DNA of 64,000 nt from Candidatus Nomurabacteria bacterium (GTDB taxonomy: Bacteria > Patescibacteriota > Minisyncoccia > Phycocordibacterales > UBA10002): the NCBI GenBank assembly GCA_943349725.1, contig CALQZP010000001.1, forward strand, positions 5,401 through 69,400, written 5' to 3'. A program made the translations under genes and the position numbers. Positions 47,844-57,518 of the stretch are shown piece by piece. How positions within the stretch are numbered: position 1 is the first letter of the stretch; each line of letters opens with the position of its first letter. The notes below the pieces were generated by a model. It worked only from the letters and a program-made list of their open reading frames with translations, had not been told where the DNA came from and did not search any database.

Positions 47844-48944
47844 TCAGCGGTTCATCGGCATCACGAGGTATAGAAAACTTGTCTCCCCCACTCCAGAGAT
47901 GAGCAGTGGTTTGTTTTCTCCGCTAAACTTAAACGCTACACTATCTGCGGAAAGAGCATTCAAACAGTCAGCTATGTACCGGTGGTTAAAATTACCCTGA
48001 AGTGGCTCCCCTGTAAGCGCAGAAGAAACCGAGGCACTACTTTCTCCGAGTTCCCCGCTCTTAGCGGAAAGCTCAAACAGCTTCTTCTTAGGCTCAAGGC
48101 TCACGTGTAGCTGATTAAAACGGTCAGAAAAGAGCGTAGTGAGCTTAAGTGAGGAAATAAGGTCTTCCTTGAGGACAACGGCCTCTGTGGCGAACGTTTT
48201 AGGCATAATCTGCCGATAGTCTGGAAAAGAACCTTCTACAAGCCTTGAGGTGGCAAGAAGTCCATCACCTTCAAGTGAAAGCTGTCCTTTACCAATAGAA
48301 AGCTTCACTTCGTCCTTTTCCTCTTCAAGAATACGAATAAGTTCGGTTACGTTTTTGATAGGGACCAAAACAGGCTGAAATGACGTGGCTGTCTTTTTGA
48401 AAGGCACCTTCTTCTCCGCAAGTCTAAATGAGTCCGTCGCTACAAACACAATATCCTCTCCATCTTGATAAAGATACACACTTGAAAGCTCCGGTTTAAG
48501 GTTCCCCACAGCTCCAGCGTAATAAACAGACTTAAATCCTTTAAGCAGAAACTCTGGAGTGAAGGAGAACGTAGAGCCTTCGGCCTTCGGAATGGTCGGA
48601 AAATCATCACTCGCTGTACCGTTAATCGTCGCTTTTGCTCCACTAGAAGAAATAGTCAATTTACCATTTGTTACTTCTAGCGACACACTTTTCACATTAC
48701 CCAAGTTTGAAATAAAAGAAGAGAGAACTCCAGCAGGAACTGCTATTTCTCCTTCTTTTTCAACCTTAACAGGAATTTTATACTCAACTCCCATCTCAAG
48801 ATTGGTCGCCCTCACCGTAAGAAAACCTCCTTTCGTAATAAGGAGAATATTAGAAAGAATAGGGAGAGAAAGATGTTTAGAAGCAAGACGGCTTGCCTTT
48901 CCTACAACTATTTGTAATTTATCTTTTATAACTTCAATCTTCAT
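47844..48944 (-). CDS. dnaN: DNA polymerase III beta clamp
   Basis: LPILSNILL, ATNLE, ATDSFRL, FPDY, LVMP. Confidence 0.96.
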   Translation of the reverse strand: MKIEVIKDKLQIVVGKASRLASKHLSLPILSNILLITKGGFLTVRATNLEMGVEYKIPVKVEKEGEIAVPAGVLSSFISNLGNVKSVSLEVTNGKLTISSSGAKATINGTASDDFPTIPKAEGSTFSFTPEFLLKGFKSVYYAGAVGNLKPELSSVYLYQDGEDIVFVATDSFRLAEKKVPFKKTATSFQPVLVPIKNVTELIRILEEEKDEVKLSIGKGQLSLEGDGLLATSRLVEGSFPDYRQIMPKTFATEAVVLKEDLISSLKLTTLFSDRFNQLHVSLEPKKKLFELSAKSGELGESSASVSSALTGEPLQGNFNHRYIADCLNALSADSVAFKFSGENKPLLISGVGETSFLYLVMPMNR

Positions 48945-49236
48945 TTTGTTTTTTATTATACTAATTCAATTTAGTTATCCACATTTTTCCACCTCTCTTT
49001 CTTTAATAGATATTTTTAAAATAAAGAAGTAGTTATTATTAAGAGTTCTGTGTATAAGTGGATAACTTTTTATACCCTTTCTTGTAGCTCTATTTCAACC
49101 CCTCAGGTAACTTTTATTCTGTGCATAATTCATTTTTTCTGGTGGTATCCCCCAAAAACATTTTCAGATTTTAATTTTATCCACAGGTTTTCCTTTTGTT
49201 GTCCCACTGTTTTCCACAGAGTTCCTCACAGAATAA
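48945..49236. other. oriC (dnaA-dnaN intergenic part)
   Basis: DnaA boxes at 48975, 49049, 49057, 49120, 49177, 49210; AT-rich DUE at ~49000-49045. Confidence 0.88.
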
Positions 49237-50580
49237 TTAGAGGAGAGCCCGAATCTGATTAATTTCCTGAAGTAGGTTTGGGTCTTCGCGGATCTCGTTC
49301 TTTATTTTGTCGCACGAGTGGATGACTGTTGTGTGATCTCTTCCTCCAAGCCTCTGCCCAATAAGAGGGAACGAAATACTGCAGTCCTCACGGAGAATAT
49401 ACATGACAAGCTGTCTCGGCTTCACCACCTCTTTCCGACGAGTCTTCTCGTAGATGTGATTCTCGTCAATGTTGTAAAAGTCGGCGACAACCTTCGTAAT
49501 ATCCTTAATTGACAAGCTTTTCTTCGGCTTTCCGGTGTTCTTAAGAATAGCTTTTACCTCAAGTACCCCGAGGTCTCTCCCTTTCACCTGTGTCTGCATC
49601 ATAATGGAATTGAGAATTCCTTCAAGCTCTCTGATGTTCCCCTCAAGAGTTGCGGCGATGTAGTCGGCAACTTCACTTGAAAGCTCAAACCGCATAAGCC
49701 GAGCCTTGGTTTTGAGGATAGATACACGCGACTCCCTGTCCGGAGGAGGAATATCGACAATCATACCGGCCGCGAAACGGGATTTTAGACGTTCCTCAAG
49801 ATTCTGAATATAATTTGGGTGCTTGTCAGAGGAAAAGATAATTTGTTTGTTATGCGCGTAAAGGTCGTTGAATAAATGGAAAAGTTCTTCCTGACTCTTC
49901 TCTTTATTTGAAAAGAACTGGATGTCATCCATAATCAGCGCGTCATACTGACGATACTTCTCCTTAAATTGAGAGATGCGACTCTGTTGCATCGCGGTCA
50001 CAAAATCCTGGGAGAACTTTTCCGAGGTAACATAATAGATTTTTTGTCCGGGAAACGCAGTCTTGAGATGATTCCCAATAGCTTGAATAAGGTGGGTCTT
50101 GCCGTGCCCAGTCGAACCGTAGACAAAAAGAGGGTTGTAGGTAGCCCCCGGGCTTTTAATGATGGCCTGCGAGGCAGCGTGCGCGAGTTCGTTGAAAGGA
50201 CCCACGACAAACGAATCAAAGGTGTAGCGTGGGTTAAGGTTGGTCTCTTTGTCCACATAATGATCCTGGAGCGGGAGTTCGGGCGTGCGAGACGGAGCTG
50301 ATGTTTTCAAAAGTTCCCGTTTTCGGGGGTCGTCCTTGGTAACGGTATATTCAATGGAGCGGATGTGCTCGGAAAGAGTACGAAGCGAATGAAGAATCGA
50401 TTTGTGGTATTTGTTGAGCAACCAATCCTTCACAAAGGTATTTGGTACCGAAAGATGGACTACCCCCTCTTCTATGCGTGCTATCGCAGTATCTTTAAAC
50501 CACGTCGTAAAGTTCGCCTTAGAAACGGCGAGTTCAATCTCCGCAAGAGCACTTTCCCAGAGTTGTTTGGTGTCGGTCAT
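49237..50580 (-). CDS. dnaA: chromosomal replication initiator DnaA
   Basis: YNPLFVYGSTGHGKTHL, DDIQF, NIRELEG, RDHTTV. Confidence 0.98.
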   Translation of the reverse strand: MTDTKQLWESALAEIELAVSKANFTTWFKDTAIARIEEGVVHLSVPNTFVKDWLLNKYHKSILHSLRTLSEHIRSIEYTVTKDDPRKRELLKTSAPSRTPELPLQDHYVDKETNLNPRYTFDSFVVGPFNELAHAASQAIIKSPGATYNPLFVYGSTGHGKTHLIQAIGNHLKTAFPGQKIYYVTSEKFSQDFVTAMQQSRISQFKEKYRQYDALIMDDIQFFSNKEKSQEELFHLFNDLYAHNKQIIFSSDKHPNYIQNLEERLKSRFAAGMIVDIPPPDRESRVSILKTKARLMRFELSSEVADYIAATLEGNIRELEGILNSIMMQTQVKGRDLGVLEVKAILKNTGKPKKSLSIKDITKVVADFYNIDENHIYEKTRRKEVVKPRQLVMYILREDCSISFPLIGQRLGGRDHTTVIHSCDKIKNEIREDPNLLQEINQIRALL

Positions 50581-50848
50581 AAGATAATGAAATATGGAAT
50601 ATGAACTATATAATAAGAAAGCTAATCGGATATCTTATGGTATATGGTTCATATTCCATTTCTTAGTGGTACTAGTATATACCGATAACCGAAATGCAAA
50701 ACTTGTGAAAAAACCTGTGATATGTTAATAATATGTGGACAAGTTGGGGACAAGACCATATGGACCACATAACATGGATCACGTAACATCAGGCAGTCTC
50801 AAGAAAAGTCTTGTATTCCGTGTTTCATAATTCATAATCCATTTCTTT

Positions 50849-51001
50849 ATGAGCTTCACCTACAACCCAAAAAGAAAGAAACGAGCACGAACACACGGTT
50901 TTCGCTCCCGCATGGCTACCCCCGGAGGTCGTTCGGCTCTTTCCAGACGACGCGCTAAAGGACGTAAGAAGCTTACGGTAAGTCGAAAGAAAGCCTCCTA
51001 G
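50849..51001 (+). CDS. rpmH: 50S ribosomal protein L34 (below ORF-track cutoff)
   Basis: [44 protein letters not shown]. Confidence 0.95.
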   Translation: MSFTYNPKRKKRARTHGFRSRMATPGGRSALSRRRAKGRKKLTVSRKKAS

Positions 51002-51182
51002 GAGCAAAAAAGCCTGCCTGTTGGCAGGCTTTTGTTATAGGGCTTACACATTTCGCACTTTTCTGTCATTCCAGCGAAAGCTGGAATCCAGTGTTAGGCC
51101 ATTTTCTGAAGTCCTGGATTCCAGTTTTCACTGGAATGACACCGATTGAGCAGGTTCTATATAAGCTAAAAGCTCTCCTTCA

Positions 51183-51521
51183 ATGCTCCCCAAATCAAAA
51201 CGTCTCACCACCGAGGACTTCAAAACACTGAAGGGTGGGCGAACCACGCACACTCCCCACCTCATTCTCCGCCTCTCCCCTGCACCTGAAGGAGTGGGAA
51301 AATTTGCCGTTGTGGTGTCGTCTTCAAACTACAAACGAGCGGTTGACCGCAATCTACTTAGACGACGCCTTTACAGCCTCATTAAGAGGCTTCTCCCACT
51401 TCTCCCAAAAGGTATCCTCACCGTCACCTGTAAAAAGGGAGCACTCCTTGCGACCTTTTCGGAGTTAGAAAACGAGGTACACTCCTTGTGCGCAAAAAAG
51501 CCCACATCTACGGCAGTCTGA
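51183..51521 (+). CDS. rnpA: ribonuclease P protein component
   Basis: MLPKSKRL..FAVVVS..AVDRNLLRRR; synteny. Confidence 0.92.
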   Translation: MLPKSKRLTTEDFKTLKGGRTTHTPHLILRLSPAPEGVGKFAVVVSSSNYKRAVDRNLLRRRLYSLIKRLLPLLPKGILTVTCKKGALLATFSELENEVHSLCAKKPTSTAV

Positions 51522-51573
51522 CTGCTGTAAATACTCCTTTGGTAATTTACCGATTTTGGGCTAGAATAGGGCC

Positions 51574-52308
51574 ATGTTCGCACTGCTAAAGGCGATTTTT
51601 TATATTCCCCTCTACAATGGGCTCATTTTCCTGATAGATGTCCTCCCCGGACATTCGGTCGGCATCGCGGTCATACTGTTTACCTGCCTCGTTAAACTGG
51701 TCCTCTCCCCTCTTTCCCATAAGGCGGCCAAGTTTCAGTTGGAAATGAAATTGCATGAGCCCGAGATAAATCGCCTTAAAGAACAATTTAAAGCCGACAA
51801 ACAGGCACAAGGAAAGGCAATTCTAGATTTTTACCGCGAGAAGAAGATCAATCCGTTTGCAGGTATTTTGCCCCTTTTTATACAAATTCCCATTTTCATC
51901 TCCCTTTACTATGTGTTTTATGCGGGAGGGCTTCCTTCGATAGACTCTTCCCTCCTCTATTCATTTGTAGCGGTACCTGTCCCCGATATGCATCTTTTTG
52001 GTTTCAACATTCTTGAAAAAAGCATGCTGCTCGCTGTGTTGGCGGGAGTCGCCCAGTTCCTGCAGGCGCACTATGCTATGCCCCCTGCACCGCCCAAGAC
52101 CGACACACCCTCACTTGGGAATGACCTCGCGCGCGGTATGCATATGCAGATGAAGTATGTACTCCCCGTATTTATGGTCTTTATCGCCTACGCGATAAAC
52201 GGAGCAGTTGCACTTTATTTTATAACGAGTAGTCTGTTTACCATCGCGCAGGAGCTTGTGGTGCGCAGGTCACTCAAAAAGGGCCATCCTACCCACCCTG
52301 ACAAGTAA
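51574..52308 (+). CDS. yidC: membrane protein insertase YidC
   Basis: INPFAGILPLFIQIPIF; synteny. Confidence 0.92.
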   Translation: MFALLKAIFYIPLYNGLIFLIDVLPGHSVGIAVILFTCLVKLVLSPLSHKAAKFQLEMKLHEPEINRLKEQFKADKQAQGKAILDFYREKKINPFAGILPLFIQIPIFISLYYVFYAGGLPSIDSSLLYSFVAVPVPDMHLFGFNILEKSMLLAVLAGVAQFLQAHYAMPPAPPKTDTPSLGNDLARGMHMQMKYVLPVFMVFIAYAINGAVALYFITSSLFTIAQELVVRRSLKKGHPTHPDK

Positions 52309-52417
52309 CAGATACCAATCAACGAATGAACACCAATCTACAAATACCTACAAATGAGAGATAGGAGGATTAGTAGGTATTCGTTATATTGGTACAGATT
52401 AGTTGATTGGTAAAAGT

Positions 52418-52912
52418 ATGAACTCAACCGAAATCAAAAAAATCATAGAAGACTTGCTTCGCCACATGCAGATATCCGTGGAGAGTATTTCGGTATCCGA
52501 GTGTGATGGGCGAGAGTGTTTTTCGGTACAAACTCCCGACTCCAGGCTTCTCATCGGGGAAGGCGGAGTCAATCTGCTTGCCTTCAATCACCTCGTTAAG
52601 AAGATGGCCTCACCAAAAGGCTCCACAGGCGAGACCCCCACAGTCGAGGAACGAGGGAAAACCTTTTTCGTTGATGTAAACGGCTTCCAAGAAGCCGCGC
52701 TTCAGAATATCAAAAATGTAGCCAAGATAATGGGCGACCGCGCTCGGTCATTCAAGACCAGTGTAGAGCTTGATCCGATGTCTTCGTATGAGCGAATGGT
52801 TATTCACGCCTTTTTCCAAGAGGCGAAGGACCTCAAGACCGAGTCGGTAGGTGAGGGAGACAAACGAAGGGTGGTGATACGGTATGTTGAAACTGGAACA
52901 AGTGACTTGTAA
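52418..52912 (+). CDS. Jag/KhpB-like KH-R3H protein
   Basis: LLIGEGG, LDPMSSYERMVIH, SVGEG..RRVVI. Confidence 0.88.
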   Translation: MNSTEIKKIIEDLLRHMQISVESISVSECDGRECFSVQTPDSRLLIGEGGVNLLAFNHLVKKMASPKGSTGETPTVEERGKTFFVDVNGFQEAALQNIKNVAKIMGDRARSFKTSVELDPMSSYERMVIHAFFQEAKDLKTESVGEGDKRRVVIRYVETGTSDL

Positions 52913-52992
52913 CAGGTAACTGGAACTAAGATTTCGCGTGACCGAGTTTCTTCTTGAATCCACCAAGTTGGTCTGAAATACAATACTGTTGC

Positions 52993-53058
52993 TATTAGTA
53001 GGTTTTTAACATAAACCTACTAATATTTGTTGACTTTAGCAGGTTTAGGTATTAAACT
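52993..53058 (+). promoter_or_regulatory. 13-bp inverted repeat operator plus sigma70 promoter
   Basis: TATTAGTAGGTTT-7-AAACCTACTAATA, then TTGACT-17-TAAACT. Confidence 0.6.
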
Positions 53059-53070
53059 TACGGAGCCCTT

Positions 53071-53802
53071 ATGGTAACTAACGGTAAAATAAGAATAAGT
53101 GAAGCAGCAAAGATACTTGGCGTATCCGTCCCTACTCTCCGTAATTGGGAAAAGTCTGGGAAACTCCGTGCAGAAAGAAGCGTTGGCAAACAACGCTATT
53201 ATAATCTTACCGACCTACAAAAATTTGTTGTTGATGTAGAGGGTTTAGGATTGATATGGGCGACGAGTGCAATACCGCAAGAACTTCCCCGTGAGTACTA
53301 TTGTGAGTCGTCGGATCGTTTTACAACTCGAGTAACAAGGATGGGCGCCGAACTTCAAAGAGATGGTCGTTTCTCCGGAGCGTTGGATTCGCTCATTACA
53401 CTAGTTGCTAGCGAAATAGGCGACAACTCTTTTGCGCACAATTTGGGCAATTGGCAAGATGTTCTGGGTATGTTCTTCGCCTACGATCTTGAAAAGAAGA
53501 TCATAGTAATAGCTGATAGAGGACAAGGTGTTAAGACAACCCTTCTGCGAGTCAGACCGTCCCTTGCCAGCGATATGGAGGCATTGAAGGTTGCTTTTAC
53601 GGAGATAATTTCCGGGAGAAACCCGGAAAAGAGAGGAAACGGATTGAAGGTTGTGCTCAGGGTGCTGGAATCACGTGAAGTAGGACTTTTTTACCGGTCT
53701 GGAATTGGAGTCGTCACTGTTCCAGTTGAGAAGCCTGGCTATCTCACGATAGGCACGGCAGATCAAAACGTACGCGGGATGTATTGTGTTATTAAGTTTT
53801 AG
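53071..53802 (+). CDS. MerR-type HTH fused to a HATPase-like domain
   Basis: ISEAAKILGVSVPTLRNWE; EIGDNSFAH, DRGQG, RGNGL. Confidence 0.8.
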   Translation: MVTNGKIRISEAAKILGVSVPTLRNWEKSGKLRAERSVGKQRYYNLTDLQKFVVDVEGLGLIWATSAIPQELPREYYCESSDRFTTRVTRMGAELQRDGRFSGALDSLITLVASEIGDNSFAHNLGNWQDVLGMFFAYDLEKKIIVIADRGQGVKTTLLRVRPSLASDMEALKVAFTEIISGRNPEKRGNGLKVVLRVLESREVGLFYRSGIGVVTVPVEKPGYLTIGTADQNVRGMYCVIKF

Positions 53803-53809
53803 ATTTATT

Positions 53810-54127
53810 ATGCAAACAATTTATCTTAAGAAGTTCGGTAACGTCCTCGTAGGACGACCCAACGGGCAAGAAGCTTTTAATGCTCTTAGACCTGAGTTAA
53901 ATCAAGATCAGTCTGTTCAGATTGATTTTAGTGACGTACTTACTGTCAATCCTTCGTGGCTTGATGAATTTCTTACCCGCCTTGCTGATTTCAACCAGGG
54001 AAAGGTTCAATTACTTCCCACCAGTAACGCTTCTGTGCGAATAGCGCTTCCAGTGCTAGTAATGGAGCGCAAAGATTTTGTAGCTGACATAGTAAACCGG
54101 GCTATAAAAGAAATGGGACTTAAATAA
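53810..54127 (+). CDS. STAS-like (DUF4325) protein
   Basis: IDFSDV..PSWLDEF. Confidence 0.78.
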   Translation: MQTIYLKKFGNVLVGRPNGQEAFNALRPELNQDQSVQIDFSDVLTVNPSWLDEFLTRLADFNQGKVQLLPTSNASVRIALPVLVMERKDFVADIVNRAIKEMGLK

Positions 54128-54206
54128 AGTTTGGCCTCGTCCTAGTCCCCAAAGCTCGCTCTGCTCGGAAGACCTCGGCGAGGTATTAGGCGAGCCAAAC
54201 TTTATT
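54123..54206. mobile_element. MITE-like palindrome, copy 2
   Basis: AATAAAGTTTG..CAAACTTTATT termini; internal CTCGGAAGACCTCGGC matches copy 1 inverted. Confidence 0.65.
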
Positions 54207-55401
54207 CAGTCATCTGCAGGCTCCAGAGGGTCCCGCTCACTTTGTCGGTAAAAACCAAGAATTTGTCGTCAGTGCTCACTTGCGGGTGCGTGAGGTCAAT
54301 CGGACTTCCCCGCTTCTCGCTAATATCTAAGATTCGCTCGGTAACTCCCGAAGGTGAAATACTCCACACCTCGTCGGTAAAGGGGATGACCCCTTGATAC
54401 CACACGTCAGGATAGCTTCCAGTGGGGATTTCCTTGGGGACGCCACAATAAAATATGGTCCCGCCTTTGTTCCACGCGCATTTTTCGGGGAAGGTGGTCA
54501 CGCCGACCTGTGTACGCGCGCCGGTTGTCATATTGAAGAGTGAGAGCGAGATGGAAGCTTCCCTGCTTGAGGAAAAGAGTACTTCAGGTTTGACCGGATT
54601 GGGGAGCGCGGTAAGGCCGGGGGTATTGCGGAGCACAAGTGAGGTGTTACCGGTGCCGGGGTCGAGCGAGAGAAGCATACCGTCGGCCAAGAACGAAGGC
54701 TTCGAAAGCAAAAAGATTTTGTTTTGAGATGGCCATAGGACGAGCCATTCATAAAGGGGCGAGTCCCAAAGCTGTGTTCTCCCGTTTCCCGCAAGGTCGC
54801 TTCTAATTCCTATGGCCCCTCCATTTTTCTCGGTGAGGTAAAAAAAGCTCGTTCCGTCGGGAGAGACAGCTCCATCGAGTATTCCGCGCGGGAGAAAGGT
54901 TCCGGCAAGCTCTCCTTCTGCCCCGGATGCTTCGAGGTTGACGCGTGCCGAGAAGGATTCAATCACCTCACTATCGTCGCGAAGATATCGTGAGATGAGG
55001 GTGGTACCCGATTTACTCCACAGCGCTTCATAGACCTTCGGAATGGTCGTATTCGTGAGGCGCTTCTCCCCTTCCGCATTTGCGCCTATTTCAAAGATAT
55101 TTCCGGTGGCCCTGTCCTGATAGCGGACAATCGCCTCGCCACTCCGTACTCCCAGCACCGCTCCTGCGGTCGGTTCTTTGGAGAGTTGTCGCAAGATAGG
55201 CTCAAACGCCCCCGGTTTTTCTTCGGGGAGCACCACGGGAGGCTCTTGTTTGGGCGTAACTTCGTCGCCTACCCCCGGAAAGGTGCCTCCGCCATCTGGC
55301 GAAACCGGCTCCTTGGTAAACAGGAAATACAGAAAGATACCGAGGGCTACCAAGAGGAGCACCACAACGACCCCTATGATGATTTTAGTTCTTCGGGACA
55401 T
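54202..55401 (-). CDS. membrane-anchored beta-propeller-like hypothetical protein
   Basis: N-terminal TM, SPDG repeats, EKCAW..YCGVP. Confidence 0.75.
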   Translation of the reverse strand: MSRRTKIIIGVVVVLLLVALGIFLYFLFTKEPVSPDGGGTFPGVGDEVTPKQEPPVVLPEEKPGAFEPILRQLSKEPTAGAVLGVRSGEAIVRYQDRATGNIFEIGANAEGEKRLTNTTIPKVYEALWSKSGTTLISRYLRDDSEVIESFSARVNLEASGAEGELAGTFLPRGILDGAVSPDGTSFFYLTEKNGGAIGIRSDLAGNGRTQLWDSPLYEWLVLWPSQNKIFLLSKPSFLADGMLLSLDPGTGNTSLVLRNTPGLTALPNPVKPEVLFSSSREASISLSLFNMTTGARTQVGVTTFPEKCAWNKGGTIFYCGVPKEIPTGSYPDVWYQGVIPFTDEVWSISPSGVTERILDISEKRGSPIDLTHPQVSTDDKFLVFTDKVSGTLWSLQMTE

Positions 55402-55412
55402 GTGTTAGATGA

Positions 55413-56417
55413 CTACGGTTGGCCGATTTTAGTACAATCCGTCGCTCTAGTAGGACCAACTGCAGTGTTGTACTTGGCGCAGAGCGACTTTAACGCGGTG
55501 ATGAATTCGGCCTGTACCTCTTGAGCTTTGGCGGGAAAACCAAGACGGTTAAGTTCCTGGACCTCCACATCTCGTTTCTTTCCCATTTCCTCAATTCCTT
55601 CCAGGAAAATCCTATTTGCGCCGTCTATACTTGGATTCGCATCTATCTGGTACTCATAATTTTTGGCCTGAAGATTTATTCGCGCCTTAGCGGCTACTAC
55701 ATCCGCATCTACTGCTTTACGAAGCAAGCTCGCACGGAGGGTTTCAAGCTCAGTCTTCTTCTTTGCAAAGGCGAGAATCTCCGCTTGAGTTGCTGTCGGG
55801 TTTCTCATATTTTCCTCTAATTTCCAAATGGCATCCGCGGCTTCCATCGCTTTCGCTTTCGCAATTTTTGCATCAATGACATTGGGTTTTGCATTTTCCG
55901 TTTTCAAGTCGGACAGAAGCTTATCCAGCACTTTGCTGTAGTGCTCTTCCGGATTGTCCACCACTTGCAACGTTGCATCTACTTTTTGCACGGTTACCCG
56001 ATCGAAGTTGAGCGATAGGTCAAGGTCGCTTCCGAGCGACGGACTAATCTGGTTCATAAAGATAAAGGAGCCGTAGACGATGACAACTCCCCCAATCGCC
56101 CGCAGGATAATGCCCTTCGCCTCGCTGTGCCCAAGAATGGAGTCGGTGAAGATAAGGGTAAAGCCTCCGCGGACAATCGCGAAAACGGCAAAAAAGCCGG
56201 CAAGTGCGACACCGACATTGTAGATAGTGCGGAGGTAGCGAGGGAAGCAGGTGGGGGCGACACATTCGGTATCCTTGGTAAACTCTGAGCCGGGGGCGTT
56301 AATCGGGGCAAGCGGGATATAGTTCACCTGGGTCGCATAAGCAATAGGAACCTCCACCTTCCCTATCGCGGAGAGGACTGCTATGACACAAAGGCTGTAA
56401 ATAAATATCGTTTTCAT
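55413..56417 (-). CDS. pilin-like (VirB2/TrbC-type) domain protein with helical tail
   Basis: YLRTIYN..AIVRGG..AKGII..AIGG hydrophobic pilin pattern. Confidence 0.6.
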   Translation of the reverse strand: MKTIFIYSLCVIAVLSAIGKVEVPIAYATQVNYIPLAPINAPGSEFTKDTECVAPTCFPRYLRTIYNVGVALAGFFAVFAIVRGGFTLIFTDSILGHSEAKGIILRAIGGVVIVYGSFIFMNQISPSLGSDLDLSLNFDRVTVQKVDATLQVVDNPEEHYSKVLDKLLSDLKTENAKPNVIDAKIAKAKAMEAADAIWKLEENMRNPTATQAEILAFAKKKTELETLRASLLRKAVDADVVAAKARINLQAKNYEYQIDANPSIDGANRIFLEGIEEMGKKRDVEVQELNRLGFPAKAQEVQAEFITALKSLCAKYNTAVGPTRATDCTKIGQP

Positions 56418-56426
56418 ACAACTTTT

Positions 56427-57470
56427 TTATCGCGTAAGTGTCGGGTCAAACTGAAACCCCTTTAACGGAAACTCAATCATAAGATTCGCGTCGGTTGCTT
56501 GAAACGCTCGCTTGTCATCTGAACTACGTGCTTCAAGGAAGAGGCTTGTTCGCCCGGGGGCATCGGAGGTACGTCGCAAAATGATGAACGGGTCCTTTGA
56601 AGATTCAAGGGGGGTGTAGTTCATTTGCCACTCGTAGACCATATCCTTACTTCCTCGCGTGCCCGACGTTTCAAAATAGTAGGGAACGGCGTCTATGCGA
56701 GCCTCATCTTCCTCAAGCGAAAAGGTACTGCCGAGAGCCTTTTGAAGCAACAGGCCATAGCGAGGGTGGTTTTCGTAGAACAACAAACGAGGAGACACGG
56801 GGTCTACTGTGATACTCGCCTCCGCGGACATCGTTCGGTCCGGACTTTCCACCAAGACGGAAATGGTTTTTGGTCGCATAGGAACGGCTCCGCGGAACGG
56901 GAAAAGATTTTTGCCTTTTCCTGATGAGCCACCAATAACATCATCTCCCTCTTTCCAGGTATAAATGAGTGACTCCGGAGCCATCGTTGACCTTCCCTGC
57001 GCAAAGGTAGGAACCGCTGTTACCATTACCGTGCCTTGAAAGGGCATAAGCGCCTTTCCGCGATAAAACGGAGGGGTGTAGGACTGCGCCTGCCACAGGA
57101 GATTTACTTCCGCCGGACGAATAACCGTATCTTTTGAATAGGTATTGCCGTTTTCGGCTATTGCCGCGACACGCACGATGGTGGTTTCCCCATTCCGACC
57201 TGCGCGGACGACGAGCTTTTTGTAACCCACAGCGGTTTTGACGGGGCGGTCGTTTACAAACCAGTGCACCTCCGAGCGGTTAAGGTCAAAGTTGTAGCTT
57301 TCAATGGAAACGGTCACCTCTTCTCCCGGGCGTGGGTAGGCTGGGGAAATCACCATCGTGAGTTCTGTCCCTGTGTTTCCCACTTGGGCAAAAGAAGGAT
57401 GTGCCCCGACAACAAGGTCAAAAAGAAAAAGAGTAGCTAAAAAGAAAGATGTGAGAATCTTACGATGCAT
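56427..57470 (-). CDS. secreted beta-rich hypothetical protein
   Basis: Signal peptide; YTPPFYRGKAL, LIYTW. Confidence 0.7.
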   Translation of the reverse strand: MHRKILTSFFLATLFLFDLVVGAHPSFAQVGNTGTELTMVISPAYPRPGEEVTVSIESYNFDLNRSEVHWFVNDRPVKTAVGYKKLVVRAGRNGETTIVRVAAIAENGNTYSKDTVIRPAEVNLLWQAQSYTPPFYRGKALMPFQGTVMVTAVPTFAQGRSTMAPESLIYTWKEGDDVIGGSSGKGKNLFPFRGAVPMRPKTISVLVESPDRTMSAEASITVDPVSPRLLFYENHPRYGLLLQKALGSTFSLEEDEARIDAVPYYFETSGTRGSKDMVYEWQMNYTPLESSKDPFIILRRTSDAPGRTSLFLEARSSDDKRAFQATDANLMIEFPLKGFQFDPTLTR

Positions 57471-57518
57471 AGCGTATAGTATACCTTGTATTTACACTTT
57501 TTTCTGTGCACATCCTCT

